The position numbers and the translations under genes were made by a program. A model generated the notes under the pieces. The model did no database searches and had not been told where the DNA came from. It saw nothing but the letters and a program-made list of their open reading frames with translations. A stretch of 54,001 bases of DNA, the filler included, from Squatina squatina (Eukaryota), in NCBI GenBank assembly GCA_031763465.1. It is 3 parts of 3 records of this genome, joined end to end, with 100 filler letters (N's around TTAATTAATTAA, not from the genome) between each part and the next. Parts side by side here need not be neighbours in the genome. Positions count along the whole stretch, not along the records: positions 35,678 to 54,001 come from JARFOE010000194.1; 2 more parts are not named here. One strand, given 5' to 3'. Numbering within the stretch: the stretch's first letter is position 1; each line of letters starts with the position of its first letter. Of the stretch, positions 49,443 through 54,001 are shown in pieces.

Positions 49443-52400
49443 NNNNNNNNNNNNNNNNNNNNNNNNNNNNNNNNNNNNNNNNNNNNNNNNNNNNNNNNNN
49501 NNNNNNNNNNNNNNNNNNNNNNNNNNNNNNNNNNNNNNNNNNCAACTACAAACAGTTGTAATTGGCAGAAACTCGTTATTTCGATCTGGGGGCGTGGCAA
49601 GTTTTGTGGGTGGAGCCAGCTTCAGGCAAAATAATTTCTAAACCAGCGTTAAAGATCATAGAAATTCGATTTACGCTTGACGTAAATTAATGTTTAAAAT
49701 TCCCCGCTCCTTTGTGCTGGTTTGGCCAATTTCACCTATTTTGCCCTGATAATACTAACAGGAACTAGCAGAAATTCTATCCCATAAGTATGTTTCTTCA
49801 GCAAGCTCTTCCATTCTGCACTGTTACTATTTATTGAATGTATTTACAATCATAGGACTACTATTAACTTTGGCATACATTTACTTTTCTCCGCTCATTG
49901 AAAATAACACAGGAATGGCTAGTGTAGGTGTTATAACTACCAAAGTTCTAACAGAATTACTGGTATAGGAATGAGATAGAATGATATTTCAGCAACAGTA
50001 ACATTGGAGTAAATGCTACATTAAGATTATTTTTTCACTTCTTTCCACCTTCACTGCAACCCACAAATAGTGAAGAAATTACAAAGCTTTTGTTTTCCCC
50101 AAGCGGAATTAGCTGCACTCGAAAATTAACTGTAAAAAGTAAATGAAAAAGGATATTAACGGAAACGGATGTACAGTACTTACAGCATTGCCAGGACCAG
50201 TGACAGCCACATCAATGGAAGGGAGTTCAATCCATGATGGCCGAGATCAGGTTCACACATAAGCCAATCCATAAAAGGGTCAGACTCAGTTTATAAAGGT
50301 TTTATTACATATTCAGATTTACTTGTATTTTAAACATTACAGAACTGAACAAGTTTTGAAATTCAAAAGTATATATATCTGCAGGTTACAGATTTCCCTT
50401 AAGCAATTAAGCACTAGGCTCTTATTCTGATAAGTAAAAGGAATGATAGAATGAATAGATCACTGCAAGTCTATTCTGAAACTCGTACTTTAATCAAATT
50501 GCTGACAGGCACAAAATTGGAACTGAAAATTAATGTGAATAAATCATGGCCAAATTCCATTTCACTCCTTAAAATAGATTAAAATCACACTTAATTAAAA
50601 TTGTAGGATTAGTAATTATTCTTTGCAATTTTTTTCTCCCCTCTAATCCTGAAATCACTNNNNNNNNNNNNNNNNNNNNNNNNNNNNNNNNNNNNNNNNN
50701 NNNNNNNNNNNNNNNNNNNNNNNNNNNNNNNNNNNNNNNNNNNNNNNNNNNNNNNNNNNTGCTGCACACAAAATGGTGTTCAGACAGGACAAACATGGAT
50801 GTAGATATACACAGTGCAAGAGTAAATACGGGATGCAAATTAGATTGTCCAACATAAACATGACTGCATTAGCATTAGCAGTTGTACAATATAAATACGG
50901 TCATGATGTATCAACAAATGATACTGTCCCAGTTGTGAGTATTACAATGAACCATATTTTATGCAGTTGGTAAATATTAATAGTTGTTCTAGTGAAAACT
51001 GGCTAGTTATTAGCATCAATTACAAACATTCTACAAGTGACCAACCTGGGCTATAAATCCCTGTGCTGTCAGATCATGATTACTACTCAAAGCAAGGGGA
51101 AAAAACTTAATTCAGTGAATCATATAATTAAAATGACTGTGGATTTGGCTTACATTCAATCACCCAGAAATTGATATCATTTGAATCCCTGTGCACCTAT
51201 GTTCACCCTGTGTGTTATACAACCCTGGAGTTTAGATTCGACTCTTACTCTGTGGATCATCTAAATCAAACCTGAATTGTCGCATTAATGTTAGATGGTA
51301 GATTGTTCCATAACTATACCCCAGAGGACGTAAAGGATAGCCTACTACAAGAAGCTTTGATGGAAGGAAGCAAAATGTTTAGTGGATAACCATGTTGTGT
51401 GCTGTAACCTGACACTGACGAATTGGTGTCATGTACTTAATCTAAACAGTTGATGCTACCAATTTAAAATGTAAGCACTGAACCAGCCTAATATTGTACA
51501 GCGGTACTCAGAAGAAAGATCTTACAGAAGTCCATCAATCATATTGGGTAGGGATTTAATTAAATGTAGCAAAGTTGATCAAATTTTGAACCTAATCTAA
51601 ATATGAAATAGGAAATCAGTTTTCTGTCCCTATATCCATGTAACATTTAACTAGAACGACAGAACAAACAAAAAGCCAATTAGAGATCATTTCTGGAGAT
51701 ACACATATTACATTTTGGATGGAACAACGCAAACTTAATTTGACTTTAATCTTCACTTTCAGAAGAGATTGTATGTCAGTGTCACGGCGCAGATACTTCA
51801 CTGACTTGTTGGATTTTGCCCGAAGACAAGTAACTTATGACCCAGCATCTTGCGGCAGCCCCATTAGTTAGACATTTTCCCTCATCCTGCCACTCGAAGA
51901 AATTTGCTCTGCAAGTCGCTGGAACTGTGAGCTGACACCGGGCTACCTGGGCCCGGGGTGAAGGATGGGACGAANNNNNNNNNNNNNNNNNNNNNNNNNN
52001 NNNNNNNNNNNNNNNNNNNNNNNNNNNNNNNNNNNNNNNNNNNNNNNNNNNNNNNNNNNNNNNNNNNNNNNNNNTATTTTCTATGTTTCTATGTTTAATG
52101 GCGTACTGAGTCATTATTACTGCCGAACAACCATTCTGGCCCTGAAAAACTAATTTTATATTTGTGGAATGTTTCTCCATTATGATAAAAATTCCATAGT
52201 TTTTATAATAATTGTTTTTTTTTAAAAGTCTATTTAAGGTATTTCAGCTTCTATGTTAATCCTATGTGTATATTTTTTTTCACTCTCTGTAAAATAATTT
52301 TTAAAAATGAAGGAAAATCAGTGCATTTTACTTCCCAATTTGCCGTCTGTGATGCCAGCTTGATGACATCACTGTTGCTTGACGCTAGAGATTCCCTAGA

Positions 52401-52554
52401 CTTGGCGTCATTTTCAAATTAACATCGGGTGGNNNNNNNNNNCCAGAGATCATTAGATCTTCATGGACAGCTTTCTTTGAGGTCAGCCGCGAGCTGCAAA
52501 ATCCGTGGCATCAGTGTGCAACACCGTGTTTGGCTGTTGTGTCAGTCGGGGACA

Positions 52555-52825
52555 AGTAGCAGAATGGATAGCTAGCTGACTTCAAGGCAGAAAGCAGAGA
52601 GTGGGACTAAATTCACAGTGGCAGAAGGTGGGTTAAGGTGTTCCACAAGGATCAGTGCTGGGACCACTGCTGTTCACAATTTACATCAACAATTTAGACT
52701 TTGGAATCAAAAACACGATTTCTAAATTTGCAGATTACACCAAATTTGGGGGGGTGGGGGGAGAGGGGATAGTCAATACTGAGGAGGACTGCAACAAATT
52801 ACAGGAGGACATTGATCAACTAGCA
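52555..52825 (+). mobile_element. CR1 LINE RT core fragment
   Basis: GVPQGSVLGPLLFTIYINNLD...ISKFADYTKFGG...LQEDID; the catalytic FADD has decayed to FADY. Confidence 0.92.
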
Positions 52826-52996
52826 NNNNNNNNNNNNNNNNNNNNNNNNNNNNNNNNNNNNNNNNNNNNNNNNNNNNNNNNNNNNNNNNNNNNNNNNNNN
52901 NNNNNNNNNNNNNNNNNNNNNNNNNCTCATTCCATTCCAAATATTTTCAAGGGGGAATAGTTTAAACAAAATGTACTTCACCTTGAATTAACTTCC

Positions 52997-53376
52997 AGTG
53001 TTGCCAGTCTTCCAGAATTGTCCTGGAGTCTCTGGGAATTAAAGATTAACCTCCAGGATTCTGCTGCAAGTAACCCAGGAGAGAGAAAGAGAGAGAACTT
53101 GCATTTATATATCGCCTTCCATGTCCTCAGAATGTCCCAAAGCGCTTTACAGTTAGTCAAATACTTTACAAGTGTAGTCACTCTTGTAATTTAAGTATAA
53201 TAGGGGCACTAAAAAAAGTTTTAAGTTCTTTTTCATTTTCTTTGAACGCTTTAGTTTATTATTTAAAAAATATGCAGATGGGGAAAGCAGGCTGTTTGAC
53301 TGGGCGGTGTGATTGGACGTGGGAAGTCATGTGATGAAACCTCCAGAAATATGTCCAACGGGGGTTGGTAACCCTA
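52997..53376. mobile_element. Probable non-autonomous DNA transposon (hAT-like ends)
   Basis: Imperfect terminal inverted repeats agtgttgcca(gt) at about 52997 and (gt)tggtaacccta at about 53364-53375. Confidence 0.45.
53095..53190 (-). mobile_element. DeuSINE (SacSINE1-like) 3' tail
   Basis: Reverse complement gtgactacacttgtaaagtatttg...tgtaaagcgctttgggacattctgagg...ggcgatatataaatgcaagtt. Confidence 0.7.
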
Positions 53377-54001
53377 GTCCCTTCCCATTTAATTTTAAGT
53401 ACTAAAATCAACATTATTACTATTATCAACATCATACTTAAAAGCTATCAGTTTAGCTGTTAACAATTCATTTTTAAAGAATATATACAAAATAAAACAT
53501 GGCGGTCAAGAAACTCTTTATTTTCTCTCAATTTCTACATATATTTTGCTCCTTGCTACAACCCTTCCCTTCCTTGTCATGCTTCAGTAGATAGAATCGA
53601 TACATTCGTGGCAGTTTTGTGAACTTTTGAGATGGCTCAAAGAAACAACAAGAAGAAAAGGCACTCATTTCTTTTACTGGCCTGGATCCAGACCCAGGGG
53701 CAGGGCATGCAAACGGCAATGATTGCCATTTATTGTGCCTTAGCCAAAACACATTTTTCAGTATCTAGGTAACCCTTGAAAAGTCTCTGTAAGGGTCATT
53801 CAGATGTCATGGACATAAAGTAACATTTGAAAAGCTTTTTGTGAAGTCACCTTATTTTGTCATTTCATCGTCGTTTTGCTTTCTTAATATTTTCTGGTAA
53901 TATAGGGTATTCACCCCTTTTACACTGGTACTTTGCTTTCTAATACTCATAATAGTAGCTTTCTGGAGCCTAACATTACTATTATCTGCTCAAAGGTTTA
54001 T

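Overview
Eukaryotic, vertebrate DNA from a fragmented draft assembly. The repeat content points to a cartilaginous fish, probably a shark (inference from CR1/HER1-type tails, SacSINE1-like DeuSINEs, L2, RTE, Penelope and Harbinger relics). Two artificial N44-TTAATTAATTAA-N44 linkers (22687-22786, 35578-35677) split the window into three unrelated scaffolds, each broken by many 100-N gaps of unknown true size. Scaffold 1 (1-22686) has no recognisable coding exon; it is repeat-rich intronic/intergenic sequence with some enhancer-like unique stretches. Scaffold 2 (22787-35577) holds, on the minus strand, the last two coding exons of a gene I cannot name and two AP3D1 exons, then a CpG-rich divergent promoter and DOT1L coding exon 1 on the plus strand. 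Scaffold 3 (35678-54001) holds three minus-strand exons of the kainate receptor GRIK1 and a 1.25-kb minisatellite in intron sequence. Almost all ORFs in the supplied track are spurious or decayed transposon pieces. I found no convincing new biological system. The best leads are the unidentified spliced gene next to AP3D1, a second splice donor after a GRIK1 exon, and uORFs in the DOT1L leader. Family and gene assignments come from my recall of sequences, not from database searches.
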